Source: Ylistrum balloti (Eukaryota). From it: a stretch of 64,000 nucleotides of DNA. This document shows, one piece after another, positions 27,601-42,379 of the stretch. The stretch lies in assembly GCF_031769215.1 (NCBI RefSeq), contig NW_026782216.1, positions 558,001 to 622,000 on the forward strand. The letters are read 5' to 3'. The notes under the pieces were generated by a model. It was given only the letters and a program-made list of their open reading frames with translations, was not told the origin of the DNA and did no database searches. Position 1 is the stretch's first letter. The number at the start of each line of letters is the position of its first letter. The position numbers and the translations under genes were made by a program.

Positions 27601-28407
27601 AAAAGAAAAAAAAAATTCTCAAATACATATTATCTGGTCCGGCTTCCTGGACACTTAAGCATTTCGGTCTAGGTCTCACATGTGATTGCTTCGACCATGA
27701 ATAGACGTTGATGCGCTGACTGTTACCAGTCGGGCAGTCAGCCTATTTCTTTCTCGATGAGGTGCTTAAGCTATCCCTCAGTATATATTTCTGTGCCTGA
27801 TTGCCTTTCAGAATCTCTAATACAATTATACTTAGCGTCTAAAGAACATTGAAACGTCTAGTGGACTTCGAAGTGTCAAGAGACGTATTCCCTCTGGAAG
27901 TGAGGGCTTCCATGTGTTAGAAGCACAGTCCCTATGGGAAGTGTAAAACACTCAACGTACACGACAAAACCAAACGTCCTTTCTTCAATTTAGATGATCG
28001 CCATACTCGCCGGCCAAAACACACCTTTCGATTGGAAGCATGGTACGGAAGTCGTCAAACAGCAGACGACAAATTATGTGGCAGGTTTGACAGGTCTGCC
28101 ATGAGTGATAGCTCTTAATAAAATGGCGGGAACGTTTGGCGGGAGCTGTCGACTGACTTCGACAAAGATGCATCAAATTCACCAGGACATTACATAATGC
28201 TGCACGTAGACTTGTTAATATGATACAGCTTAGAATTATTAAAAGGCTTTATTCAACATCCGATGCATTAGTTTATGTGGTGTTTTACGTGAAACTTGAG
28301 GATTGAGTTATTGTGAAAGCGACAACTCACAGTACACATACATGTAATTGCTTGCGCATACACAACACATTAATGGATTAACCAATTCAATTAAACTAGG
28401 GAAAAGC

Positions 28408-28458
28408 ATGTGTTCCGGAAGGGTGGGTGTCTTTTGTTTCACTGTTAACAACTGCCAT
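28408..28458 (-). mobile_element. Solo Naiad 3' terminal motif
   Basis: Reverse complement atggcagttgttaacagtgaaacaaaagacacccacccttccggaacaca matches the motif consensus. Confidence 0.5.
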
Positions 28459-31400
28459 TCATTGTATGAATTTAAAGATTATTTATTTTACAACAATTGC
28501 AAAAAAAGTTATCAACTTATATTGATCACTCGAGCTTCTTTTAATATAAGCATATGTCAATACAAATATGTTCTCTTCAATTCTATCTTACTTAGTGTAT
28601 ACTTGTTAAGTATAGCATATGTCTCCTCAAATTTCATGCTTTTTCACATTCACTAAGGGACAGGTAGATTTTGCCTTGGAAATCAAAAAATTGTAAACAA
28701 TGTAGATCCAATTGAATTGAAGAGGAATTTCAACTTTTATCTATTAATTTGTGATCATTTTCAAACCTAAAAGTGAGATATATTACAAATGCTAAGAATG
28801 CTAATGGAAGAAAGCAATCAACTGTTAAGGCTATTCAGTTGTAAAATGTTCAAAATATCAAAGAATTATGTGCATATGGGAAATTTGTTGCTGAAGTTAA
28901 CAAACTAAGAAATCGTTAATCACTATGTTATATATAATGTATATTGTCTCTTTTAAAGGAGAACCATTATATTTGAATAAATCTTGATTCAACCTGGAAG
29001 CGCACGATAAGACTTAATTTGTGCAGGTGACCCCTCCCCTCACCCTGATGCCTTTTCACGTCGATGAAGTCTAAAAGAAAGGTGAATGCGATACCGCTGC
29101 GCCACCTGACCACCATGGAAATCCTTATCACGTTCTCCAATGAGAAAAATGTAAACGACGACTGAACCAACAGGAAAAATAACGACTTTCAAACACCCGA
29201 CTTCATATCCACACGAAAATACAATAGTTCCGAATGAGACCTTAAAACTTCTCTATAATATATTAATTAGCCCGCATCTCTCGAAACCTAGTGTCGTGCG
29301 TTTGTCTGTCAGTTGCCGACATTTTGCACGAAATTCGGAATATCGGGAACAAGCCCCTGCAAAAGATGTTTTCAACCCATGCGACTATGGTGGTAATATA
29401 AAACCGCTTCAATAATGAATTTATCCTAATTTTGGCGAAACATATTATGGATTCAAGGACGTGTGCACAGTTTCATTACAGAAAGATATTAGGACACAAC
29501 CGGAATAACATTTTCTTTTACACTGTACAGGTGAATCCACACTTTTTATGGGCGTGAGATTTTCTTAACTTACCATAGGGTTCAGACGGGGTGATTTACC
29601 TGTCAGGACAAGGATACTGGTGTTTATGAACAATTAAATTGTGTGAGCAATTCTAAGCATTGGGACAACGGAAACACATACAAGTTCCAACAGGTTGAGA
29701 GAAAATGCCCATTAACCTCTTCGTTGTTGAGATAGTGTTATCTAAACCCTCGTGAAAAGATGTTTAAGTTCCAAACATTCATTAAGACTGGTGTTTGCGA
29801 ACTTGATCACCTTTTCCCCTCCGGTTACGATCCACATATCACACCTCCAATTGGATGAAAGATTATAATAGTCGTCAATGCTTGAAAATCCTGGATGAAG
29901 AATATGTTTTAAAAAACATGCTTCATGACTGACATTATCTTGATCAGATGTTAGAATCTAATGCCACAAATGTAGCAATAACGGTTTTTATTTCATTCTA
30001 CGTTATTGAAAGTTAGATTGGAATAGAGGAAGGGGCTATATATTCTGATTTAGAACTACGATATTGGTGTGAACCTTTTTACAATACATTAACATGTTCT
30101 ACATACATGTTCATGTGGGACTATGACCTAATAAATTGTTCTGGATTTCCTATATATGAAAAAAACGTTTTCAAGGTCTTCCGTTAGTATAAATGGTTTG
30201 TGAACTTTAATATGTCAGGCTATGGCCTTTGATAAACTTGGGACTGGTGTCGTAAATTCAAAATGTTAGTTTTATCACACGAAGTCATCTTCCACTTTTA
30301 ATGCCACGAAGCGTACTCATCAGTGTTTTATTTCATTTGCGTTTGTAGTTGTTTTTCGTGTTTTTTGTTTTTGTTTTATATTAATTAGCTTTGTGTGAAA
30401 TTTACAGTGTTTGTATATATGTATGTAATCTATCCTTGCTTATAGTGTTCGGTATTGATATTTAGCTTGTTAATTCATTACTGAGCGACAGGGAGTTGAA
30501 CATACACGTCTTCCCGAGTTTCACGCATTTTGTCCTTCATCGAAGCAACACATTAACAGGGAATCAACGCCGTTCTCTTTATCATCATTTACACATCACA
30601 CTAAATTCAGCATTCTGTCAAACATATTCAAATTGACTTCGACGCATGCTACCGTGAAGGTTAGATTCAGGCTCCTACATTTAAATAATAAACGATCTGT
30701 ATAAATTTGCAGTTGATTGACGGTTGCAAGTGGTTTGTATCTCCGTGTAATCCATTGGCAGTTATTTCAGATTTAGAGTTTAATACATGAAATTTTCACC
30801 TCCTTTTGCATATGATATTCGGAATGATAAGTCATGAATTAATGATTTTAAGATGTTCATTTGACATTTCTTTAGAGTGCTCTCACTGAATGTCAAATGA
30901 GGTTTTGTCTTTTGTATCGTTGCTACTTGAGTTGGTTCCTGCATCGTCGCGAAGATAATTTTACCTTTTTGAGTTTCTTCTTGGAGTTGTGTAATTGTGT
31001 GTTATTTTTCTTTGCCGCTTGGACATAACATTTGTATGAGTTTATATGTTATAACTTTGCTAAACTTCGACTAACACAGGCGAGGTCAACTTGAAAATTT
31101 TAAATCTAGTGCAAATGGAATCATGACCATACATCGGTAATTCAATAAAACCTGATGTCAAGGTAACCTTGCGCCCTCGGTGACAGGGGATTCAGACACA
31201 TAAGGTTTTGCAACAGTAAAACAATAATTAAAGTCTCGCTTCACGAGAAAAAAATGCCAAAAAATACCAATAGCCGATTTGTATGTTTGAATTAGGCGAC
31301 GGAATCTATTTTGGTGTATTTGCAATTGGATAAAATCTCCCGTATAATATATTGTTTTCCTGGAACTATATTTGGAACTGTCGTCTGCTAAGCCCATTTC

Positions 31401-34400
31401 GTTTTATATTTTGAATTAGTCCGTGAAATTTTATCTAAAAAACATTTAAACTGCATCAGTAAAGACGTCAGAGGGCACCACTGTGTGTATCTTTAACAGA
31501 AAACCCGCACATAGATTTACACAACTTAAAATATAAGCATCAGTCAATTTCAAATAAAATGGATGATGCTACCGTCTCAACGATAAATTGTTTGTTTGAA
31601 AAAAAGTCAAAATGAGGATGTCCTAGAAGGAGGTACTTCAGCGTTATGTAGGTCGATCGATAGACAAGGTTTTAATTCCAACAAGTTATTTTTCATCCAA
31701 GGACCTGCAAAGAGGCTTAATATCAAATTAAGGCTGTCACGAAGAACTTAAATGAATAAACTAATTGCTAAACTACTTGATGAAGGATGTATATGTTCCA
31801 CGTGAGAAGTATTTTGAACCTTAATAGAGGTAATTTGGTTTTACAGGTATTCAGCACAGACACTCGATTAAAAAGGCAATGACACACTCCCAGAATCATA
31901 TCTGAAACTGATATTGCCGTATTACATATGAATTATTTCGACAATGCAGGCCCTTTGTATCATTTATGAGTCCTAGATGGACGGAACAAATATATGCTGC
32001 AGTATAATCAATTATTTGGTTACACTGTTACCTAATTCTAAAGTTGTATGTCTAAAGTTCTAAAGTCTTTTTGTAGTTTTTCCACTTTTGAAAAAATGTA
32101 CTTCACATCACAGTATTTTTCGCTATTATACACGTTCTCGCCTCGTGTTCATTTCGCCCTCTGAGGATTATTAGTTTCCTTGTCAAATTCAACCTCCATG
32201 CTCATCAACGAAAAGGGTGAAAATTAAATTTATGTCGAAAATAGGTAATATAACATTATCATTCAAAATAGACTACATTTATTCAATGCTGTGCATTAGA
32301 TGATAAATCAACGATATTCATATAAATTACAAACAATTGTTCCTTCTGAAATCCAGTTGTTGAAATCAATATGATTTAAGTTTACTTTTAGTTTCATATG
32401 TCTTGTTAGTCCCCAAAGAGTTTGAATATTAAAAGAAAACTTAATGTATCAAACATGAATAATTAGAACAATGCAGGATTTGTTTTCTTGATAACCAAGT
32501 CAATTTTAGCGGAAAACAGTTCGTGAAAGATTTCTCAGTCATGACATTGTGACATAACAGTTGAGAGAATCGTACCCCACATGCTATCAAAACGCCTTAG
32601 AATTTATGTTTATAGCAAACTTATCATTCTGAAAAATCTTAATTTGTACTATTTTCTTGAGTCTCCATGTCAATCTTCATTTTGTTCATATTTTGACCTA
32701 GGTTTATTCAATTTGAGTTTGTATTGTGATTATGTTGACATGTTGGTATTTTCTTGTTGTGGTTTTTTGTATGCCATTGGCCTGCTGTAACATGTCAGGG
32801 ACTATTTAGTTCTTCAGCTTGTGTTTGTAAATATTCTTATATTATTGATACCAAGGTTACAACTTATCAAACTGGAATGAATAATGATTTACATGGCCAC
32901 GTCCTAGTCTGGAATACATTTGGGGGTCCTGTGAACCGGTAGAGTATTTGAATGTTAGTATTGGCTTTGACTTGATTCAAACTCGGACAGGAGTCAAACT
33001 CATATCTCCAACTCCGCCCTTGTGGGTCTTGGTTCTGTCTTTCTGCATGGTTTATAACTCCAATTTATATTGATAGAAAATAGAGTGTATTCTGCATATT
33101 CGATATAACCAAGAGACCGAAACACTAGCCATTAACAGGATGATACACCTAGTTAAAAAACAAATAATTTGGATAACAAAATATTTACAAAAATGTCTAC
33201 AGAAATATTGAACGGTAAAGATGAAATTTTGTATTGATGCCTTGTATTAAGGGATTCAAGTTGAATATTTATATCGATAAAGAGTTAGCATATATCGAAA
33301 CGATATGGATGCTGTTTCGTCAGTAGATCACTCTGGCCATATACTGCTCTACTAGGAAAAATATAAGCATGACGTCATTTAAAAAGAACGGAGCTATTTT
33401 ATTCTGGCAGTTTTAGATAGCCTAGAAGGCTAAGTATACGTTTGTTTACAGCGCTATGGATGAAGAGCCGACAGGGATGCGCCAAGCAGACTGATTCATA
33501 GCTATCGGTTGCATATATTGCAGACAATTTATGGTATAAAGCATTAAAACTGTCAAATAAGACGAATGTATCTTGACAATCGATATCTACATGACCACAA
33601 TGTTTCTATTGGGCCCAAAGTTTCAATAGTAGTCTGATTATAGGTAATTCTATAACAGAACAGATTGCCCGTTTAACTTCTTTGGCGTGGAAAGAACAAC
33701 GAACACGATTGTTGTTAATGTTGAAAAGGTTAGTACGACAATAACACAGAAAAAAAAATAAATAGAAATAAACTTTCGTTAAATTAATTTACATTTCATG
33801 TTCCAAACGAGTTTCTGAATAAATAACTCTTCTGCAAGTTTTCTTTTTTATGTAGCGTAGATTTCTGAATCAAGTCAACGTACGTCGATCTGCGTTAGGA
33901 AAATGTATATCTGTGTTGTCGCTATCAAAGAGATATATAAGGTAATGAAACGTAACATAACGCCTTACACAGTGGTTCACACTATGAAGTATTGGTCTTG
34001 CAATGATGGAATACAAAATTGTTCAATTTAAATCATACTTACATGTAAGATGCTTACCAGTAACATCTTTTGTAAAGTAGTGAAAGAGTGAACGGACCAT
34101 GTTTTCAATGTGTTGGCACTGGCGAGGCAGATCAGAGTGATGGTGTCAGAGATATAGACCGGTGATCCGTGCTCTACGTACATATAAATACATTCATAAA
34201 ACCTTGAATTATCCACGATGACTTGAATGTTGTACATTTGAATGAACTCCTGGCTACATGTTAATTTTTTTTGAAGTTCCTGAAACCTAATGTTACTATG
34301 GCCTTACAATACTGAAAACCCTTCCTATATATACACACACATATAAGAAAGAAAAGAAAAATAAAGAACCTCTCACTTAAGAAGAATCAAACTGTCACTG

Positions 34401-34835
34401 TATAATAGGGAGGACAACAAGAAAACAACAACCTGTCAACATAATTATAATCCAAGCTCATATATAGATAATTCATATCTCAAAGTCAATAGGGACATAT
34501 GAACAATATAATGGTTTACACTGAGACTGATGGAATCGTAGCAGGAGAATACGACCAGTTCTTCGGGAAGAGTAAGCCTCTCCTATGTCATCGTAGACAC
34601 GCACCATGTGAATCTTGGTAAAATCAAGAAATTAATATCAGGTTCTCAGGTGAGAACAAGGTATACAAAATTGGAACAAATAGAGAAAGAAACAAAACTG
34701 ATGGTCGCTACCATGAGTAATAGGGAAATGTTTAATTTGTCCGGCATAAAGTTTGAAGTATACCTTCAGATGTCTCTGATATCAACCAACTTGTGCTGTT
34801 GAAATTACGACAGTTCTTAATATGAATGACCAACA

Positions 34836-34893
34836 TTTATATGGCGAGTATCTTTGATAAAGCAGAAGACATCTACCCTTCCGGGACTGGTCC
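34836..34893 (+). mobile_element. Solo Naiad 3' terminal motif
   Basis: tttatatggcgagtatctttgataaagcagaagacatctacccttccgggactggtcc matches the motif consensus. Confidence 0.55.
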
Positions 34894-34983
34894 TATTTTT
34901 CTAGTACTTTTTGAAAGATTTCCATGTAAATCTATAAAAATTGGTTCATATTTCGCTCTCATTTTATCGAATTTTGGATTGAA

Positions 34984-35052
34984 TGTGGTGGTGGTGGTGG
35001 GGGTGGGGATGGTGGTGGAGGTGGTGGGGGTAGCGGTGTGTGTGTGTGTGTG

Positions 35053-35099
<47 letters not shown>

Positions 35100-35129
35100 A
35101 TGTGGTGGTGGTGGTGTGAGCGTGTGTGT
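34984..35129. repeat. Compound (GGT)n/(GT)n microsatellite
   Basis: Directly visible. Confidence 0.95.
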
Positions 35130-37504
35130 TTTATTCTTTTGTTTTATAAAGTAAAAACATTTGAAGATGGCTTGATCTTCATTATCAGAGTTTTACGACT
35201 GACATCCTTTCATCGTCTCCCATATCTTATCATATACGGTAAAAAGTTATATCACCTTATATTTAGCTATTTTGTTGGCCGAAATAAAAACGAAGAGGTC
35301 TCGCTGCGTACTCACAAGGTGAAACAGGTGACTCAATAACTTAGAACATTCGAACAGGATGAATGAATCACTTCGGTGATATGTGGGTGCTTCTTTACTG
35401 CGCTACCCGTATATCCCTGATATTGATAAATGGTATGTCGTATCTCTTTATTTAGTGAATAAACTTAACTCCATGATATAGATTAGGATCAGTAATAAAA
35501 TGTTCAATTAGACCATAACAGATAATATAAGTCATGTTAAGAAGTAATATATTTTGAATTAATTAATGTTTTTATTAGATAGTATCAGTGATACATCTGT
35601 TAACTAAATATTACAATGGTATTCCGAAGGTTATGCTCTAGGTAATCTCGATGCTTCTCGTGATTTAAGCTCCGACAGTTCAGCAATTACGTCGTGAACT
35701 TCTCGGGAACATCTGAATGGGTTTAATATAGGAATCAATGGGCTAATAAAATGAAACCTTCAGTCCAAAGTAAAGCTCAGGAAGTTTTATGGAGCTTAGT
35801 CGAGTAACTATGTATATGCTTGTATCTGGATAGACTAAAAAAATAAAGAAAAGATAATAATAGATAAAAAATGGAAAGTACAGCTGAGATCTAAAAATTG
35901 TACTTCTAAGTAAATAAAGGAGTAATTTGGTCTGATTTTCAGCAGATAAAAATTGCTATTTTCTTTTTTATCTAAGGCTTTGGCTTGCTCTATAAATACA
36001 TAAACGAAAGCCACATTGGCTGTTTTCTTTACATATAATTGTAAAATGCAATCTTTATTTTGCGCTATGTATACTATACTTTCCTGGACCCACGGTTTAT
36101 CGTCCTGTTTAATTTATGCACCGTTTAGTCAATTTATATACCCTTTTTCATGCCTGCATTGCTCTAGAAAAACAAAGATGTTGACGTGTTTTCTGCATGC
36201 TGTAGAACGCAAATTATTTGATACACTTTAGATATTAGGTGCTCCAGCCGGTTCATGATAAGTCAGAGATTCAATATTAGCCAGACATTGATTATTTTAT
36301 CGATAAAAATTCGTTTACGTTGATTTCCAATAAGGGCATATGCCGAATCTGTACGAATACTTAATTAGTGAGTCAACTTAAACTTTACAGAGAGATTTTA
36401 CCTCTTGCTAACGAAAAACAGAAAACAATGTAGTTAGATAGTATGAGTTTTCAATCTAGTATGAGATGGGATGAACTTTGTTAGTTTACTGAATCCGAAA
36501 CTTCAATTTGGTTATCATTAGATCAAAATATCCATTGAAAGACCGGGTAAAATAAAATGTATACAGATATTGCAAGTCATTCAGAAATTGCGGATCGGCT
36601 TTATTTTCACTTGCTCCAATGTTTTATTAGTGCTAGCAAACACTCTTCCAATGTTATTTTTACCCTCCCTGAGAAATAATCGTCTTCACTCATTATTAGT
36701 TCTTGAAGCATAAAAAACATATATTTCAGTTTAAACGTCAAACTTTAAATTTTGTCTCTTAGATGAAATGGCGAAAAGGGCGAACGTTTAATGATAGCTG
36801 AAGTTTAATGGTATATACAGTATATAATGAATACAGCATACTATGTGTTAAGATACAACCAGATTCATATATTCCATCCTATATTAGTTGTACAACTAGC
36901 TAGACAATGTAATATAAGGAAAATGAACATATCTGTGAACTGATTTAAAAGATGAAAACTTGTTGTAGAGTATGTTATTAGGTACACTTTTCCAATTAGA
37001 CGATTGCACAAAAGACACACAAGTGAATAGCAGCATCGTGTGTTTACCTCATTTAGGTGAAAAGACAATTAGGCTTTTGTTTATTAGTGATATAAATAAT
37101 CCATTGCTTCCAAGTAAAATTAGAACCATATTTAATTTTCACAAAATGAGTTCTAGCCAATCGGATTATTAAGTTCATTCCAGTGCAGTTTTTCATATAT
37201 CTTATATTTTTAACGATTTCTTATGTACATGATGCTGTTATTGTGTAATTACGAGGGATTTTCTCATTTGACGTTTTCTAATGAGTGCAATTATTTCCAG
37301 TGAATTTCAAAACAGTAATTACCGAGCTTCCTAGTTATAAAAGTTTAATCAAACGTAAGGTAATTTCATTATAAAACACAATAGATATTCCATTATGTTC
37401 TTTGCCTAATAAAGAAATATTGAATATTTCTTATAAATTGCTATTTGAAACAATCCGTTTTCATTAATACAAAGTAAAACTAATCTAATAAGACATGAAC
37501 CTTC

Positions 37505-37790
37505 ATATATATTTTCACCGTTGTCATAATGATCTCATTAAGAAATAGGTTGTTTCAGTAAGCAATATGAAGTTGGACGTGTTTGATGTTCTTTAGTATA
37601 CCTGTTGACTCCGTTGTTGTTAACCGAGTCGCATCTAGTTTCTTTGTTTACTGTTCCATGTAGCCTGGCCTTATTTCCCTTGTATTTTTTCAGGAGTATC
37701 CATGTAGATCTTTCTTCCGTTCTTTTTTTGTATCGGTTTTATTGAATTTGAGCTAGAATTACACTTCAGTTGACATGTTGGTATTTTCTT
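37505..37790 (+). mobile_element. Naiad RT C-terminus and 3' UTR fragment
   Basis: cgttgtcataatgatctcattaagaaatag...atatgaagttggacgtgtttg matches 7295-7370 and 10005-10070. Downstream gtagatctt and gttgacatgttggtattttctt are shared with 63270-63290 (-), 32735-32760 and 26395-26410 (-). Confidence 0.6.
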
Positions 37791-40700
37791 TTTCCCTGTC
37801 AACGGACAGAAGAGTGTTTAACTCTTAAGGTTATTAGCGAAATATATTTTCATGATGGTCCTTGACCTTTAAAAGTAATGTCCCACGTGAAATATCCATA
37901 AATCATCCATGCTGTTCCTTGTCCTTTAACGACTTTCTATAGGGAATATTAAACGTTCGTTTCTTCGTTTTAGTGTCTTCTGTCCTTAACTACTTTGACT
38001 GTGATTTAGTGAAATATGTCCTCGTCCGTCTAAGTTTTGACAACTTTTGTGTCGACGTTTAGTACTTTCATGTCAATGACGATTTTGTACATTTTGACCT
38101 CTGAATGAAGATCTTGGAATAGTTTGCTAACTTAAGAAAACAATGGTGAAATTGTAAAATTAAAATATCGTCAAATTAATAACTGAACAAGCAGTCTTCA
38201 TATGGCTTTTTTAAATAGGTACACATAGGCAAATAAAATTGGCAAAAAGAACAAGATGACGTGTTGGTTATATTTATTTCCGTTATACTTTATTAACATT
38301 ATAATTATGGCCAATCGGAGTAATGGAGCGTTCTTAAAATGAGAACCGGGATATATGCCACTTGATTAAATTATGAATAAGTCTTGATATTTGATATGTT
38401 TACGTAGCATTTCTTCTTTCTTGCTTATATGAAGTGTACATATTACCCTAAAATGTAAACAAACCGATATTTGCATTTATCTTATCTTTTTTATTTTTGG
38501 TTTGGTAAAGGAATGCTGTAATCTAAAGCTATTGGAAGCTAGTTGCTTTTAGATATACTTTTGGCTGACAAAAAGGTCTAAAACAAAGATATTGCTTACA
38601 ACGTGGATTAATACCAATTTGAATATGCTATGATATATACTGGCTATAAAGATGAAATGATTGTTGGGTATATTCAGGATGCCACGTTAACTGTCTACCT
38701 CCTCCGTATAATTATTTGTATTTCAAAGCTCGTCTTGTATCATCTTTAAAATGTCTAAAAATGATGGATGGAGAAAAATGACATTGAGGCTTGATTCGTT
38801 ATTACAGCATTTATTTTATATTTCAAAAGTGCCCTGAAATATTGAAATGTAATCTCGAGAAGTGTGGAATATCTGGCATCGTTTTCATTAGAGTTAATCG
38901 ATAGCTTTATTTACTGCAGTTAACTCCAATACATACACATATATATCTCTTTTCGGATGATTAAAATATCTTTTTATATTCTAAGCTAGTATTTTGATGT
39001 ACGTGACGACCTGATAGATATGAAAATATATTAACGTTTAAGCTGAAATTGGCAATTTCTTCCACGCATCCAAGGATAATTTCAAATCCAATACTCTTAT
39101 CAGATGTTTGCAATTCTACATATGGCCAATACGCTATTTCGATAACATGCATCAACGTTATATATTAGTGCAAGACTCTAAATTTAATCAAGATTTCGTA
39201 TATCCTGGAACTGAAGTGTTTATAAAAGCAATCTTATGGACTTATGTCTGTTCGGCTATAACTAATAGTGTCCGTCGCAGTTGTCTATCCATCACTAGCA
39301 AATTAACTGTTTGCCATATACAGAGAGGCTGCCCAGACGAGAATCTTTTATTGAGAACCAAACCAACTGAGAAGCTGATAATATTTGGCGTCATTTATCG
39401 GTAATATCCGAATGCATTATTTTAGATACTTAGTAAGTGATAAGTTTTTTATCATCTGGTAAACACAAACACTTTGACTTTCTCGCCAGCATGTCTTTAA
39501 TATGGTTTCTGTAGATTTTATTCTATTACGAAAATGATAACGCATTTATCAGCTAATACGTATAAACCAATTTTATTAAAACCATATTCCTTCTTTCAAT
39601 TTGTACTTCGTTAGATGAAAATCTGATCAGTCAGAATCGACGTTTCAGCGACCTTTAGACAAATCAAGTTGTCCCTTTCTCTGACGTTTTGGAAAACAGC
39701 TCTGATGCAGCAAAAGGCAATTATCCGTTTAACGCAACAGAATAAATCTAATTCGATCTTAATTTATTTAGGTGCAAGATGTAAAAGATTTTTTTAGCAA
39801 ACTGAACCCACATATTATGAACTAAAATGAACGTTATCAACATCGTATCTCTTGTCGGCGTTGACGTTCATCGTGACTTATTGACCTCGTTGGCAACGCC
39901 GTTTACTCTCGGGAGAATTCCAACATCATTTCCGAAAAACGGCAACAAATTATTGATTGGCTTTAAAATGACCCCTGAGTCTTCAGAACGGCAAGCGATT
40001 CCAACGTAGCTTGGTCAGATCATCATGTAACAAGGTAAATGGTAGGAATTTTCTATTTAAAAGTTCAAAAAATATGTTATGAGAGGTAAACATCATCAAC
40101 CAATGATTTACAAAGAGATCCACTTAAACGTACAAGACAAATAAAAGTAGGTGTTCGCATGGGTAAGCATCATAACTTTCACCAGATTCTGTAAGAAGAA
40201 CTGTTTTCGTAACAACTCGGTCCCCTCTTTGGAAATAAAGTAAGGCCTCTAGCATTGAGGACAGGTGCTAGAAAGACGAAACATTTGTATGATACATTTG
40301 AATTCCTTTTATCTTATTGCGTCTAACATTGCTATTTTTGAAATTTGCTATTCATTTGCGTGTCTTTTGTTCAATCTAAAAGGTAGAGGCGTTCAGGGTT
40401 CACGACGTACATATGTAAGAAGAACGTGGTTGCTTAAGAAAACCATTATGTATATTTCTACCTGTGATATCGCAATTTGACTGTCATGGTATACGTGGTA
40501 ACAGCTGTGCTTTCAGAGAAGTGATTTAGAAACTTTGCCTAACCTGTATTTGGTCGAAAATTTCTAACACAAAACATGACGAATATTTATCATCTGCATA
40601 ACGAAAACCATCATCGCTCGATAACAGATGAGTTTGTATAAAAGACACACAAATCTATTTTCGCTTATGTTCTTGTTGATTTGGAATGTCGTTATTGATA

Positions 40701-42379
40701 TATTTTACCCTTCTGAAAATCAATAAAAAATATATTAATGCATGGTTATGACTTTTGACATTATAGACTCGGAGTTATGTTGCTCATAAATCGTTCGTGA
40801 TTTGTCTAGAAGCAGGTCAAATTACCTTCATTGTGACGTAAAAAAGGCAATTTATGGTTTTAATTTCATACAATATTAATGAAACAAGCGTAGAAAATAA
40901 TTTAATCCGGTTTTAACCATTTTTGCTGACAAATAACTTCAAGTTAAAAAGTACAAAGTACTAGTTATAATGACAATATTCGATTTTTATCCTTAAATCC
41001 AAAGACATGAAGGTTTTTTTTTCTTTTTTACAATTTCTCTTACAGTGTGTGTTGTGGATATCCGATAAGAGTTGTGCTTTTATTAAGATTTCCTTCTTCT
41101 TATATGAAATAAGGATAACCAAAAGTAATAAATCATTACAACATTGTCTGTGGTGATACAGAAAATCGAAACTTAAGCCGTCTCATCTTTATATTAAAGC
41201 TGTCGTCAAAAACCTCCTCCGACCATGGTGAGATCACCTCGACTGTGTAAAGGCAGATTAGATATAAAATCAAGATAGTAATTGCCCGTAATTCGTAGCA
41301 TAACGTTTGGCAAGTGGAAATTTTACAGATAAGTTCTGTATGTAAAGAATGTATAGTGAGACCTAACTTTTTTGTGGAATATACTGTCTTTGATGGCCAC
41401 TTACTCCAAGATACGATTTTGTACCTATTTGTATTTGAGTTTTTAATAAAGGACATCCAATTTTCTGTAAATAAACTTATTTATCTCAAGACCAACAAAC
41501 AAGCTTTACGTTAAACTCAAATGCTGAGTATTATGTATTTCGAATCTTATTATGGCAGATGATTCGTCACGTCACGGGATTTCCTTGTCAACATTCTTAA
41601 CACGATATGCAATTTGCATATTCAATATTTGACATGTGATAAAAGAGAATGAAATGGAATTCCTCTCTATTTTTATCTCTTTAAATATGAAATCAGCACA
41701 CGCCTTAGTTGCCTAATCTTTATTTTACAATTTTTCTGACTCACACAAGAGAGCTTTCAATTTGTTAAGATATCTTTATCGAACTAGTTGGTAAACCACT
41801 GACATTTTCAGAAACATCAACGACAAAGAAATATTTTTTCTATGATTTTCTATTAAAATAACATCAAAAAGAAATCTGTGCCCGACCCTAAGAAGAATGC
41901 CTGCGGCATACAGACCAGCGCGCTACACACTAAGCTTTATTTTGATATAAAAGATTTCCTTTCAGACATGCTTAGATTGCCGAGTGTGAGTTCTGGTTGT
42001 TTTCCGGTGACAGCTCTAATTACGGAGGGGCAGATGGTTTCCCAGGAGTGCTTATACAACACACTTCCGATTCTCGTCTGCAAAACATAATTTGGTCTTA
42101 TGATATCTGTTTTTTTGCTAAGAAAATAAAATTTTTATTACCGAATATACCGGATTAGGCGAATTTAAATGTGTTGATTACCGGCGTACTTGGAAGTGAC
42201 CTTTCTTGGCCAATCATCCATATTATTGCTTCGAACAAGGAAATGTTTCTGTTATTGCTAAGCAGATGGCGAACGCGACGTCGTTTGAAAGCAAAAATTG
42301 ACAGATGTTTATTTTTTGTTCTTTTGAATGTTTGTCATCATGTTATCAAATGATATAGACTTTTTTTTAAAAAAAAAAG

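Noticed and set aside
30890-31400. Minus-strand coding-like stretch
   Set aside because: Several stops and only vague similarity to a LINE C-terminus; not supportable.
33300-33335. Minus-strand GACGAAACAGC hammerhead-like end
   Set aside because: The 5' core needs several changes and no stem I is present. Similar weak hits at ~23875, ~27845 and ~53345 were also dropped.
35040-35339. 99-aa ORF with VC repeats
   Set aside because: Translation of the (GT)n microsatellite.
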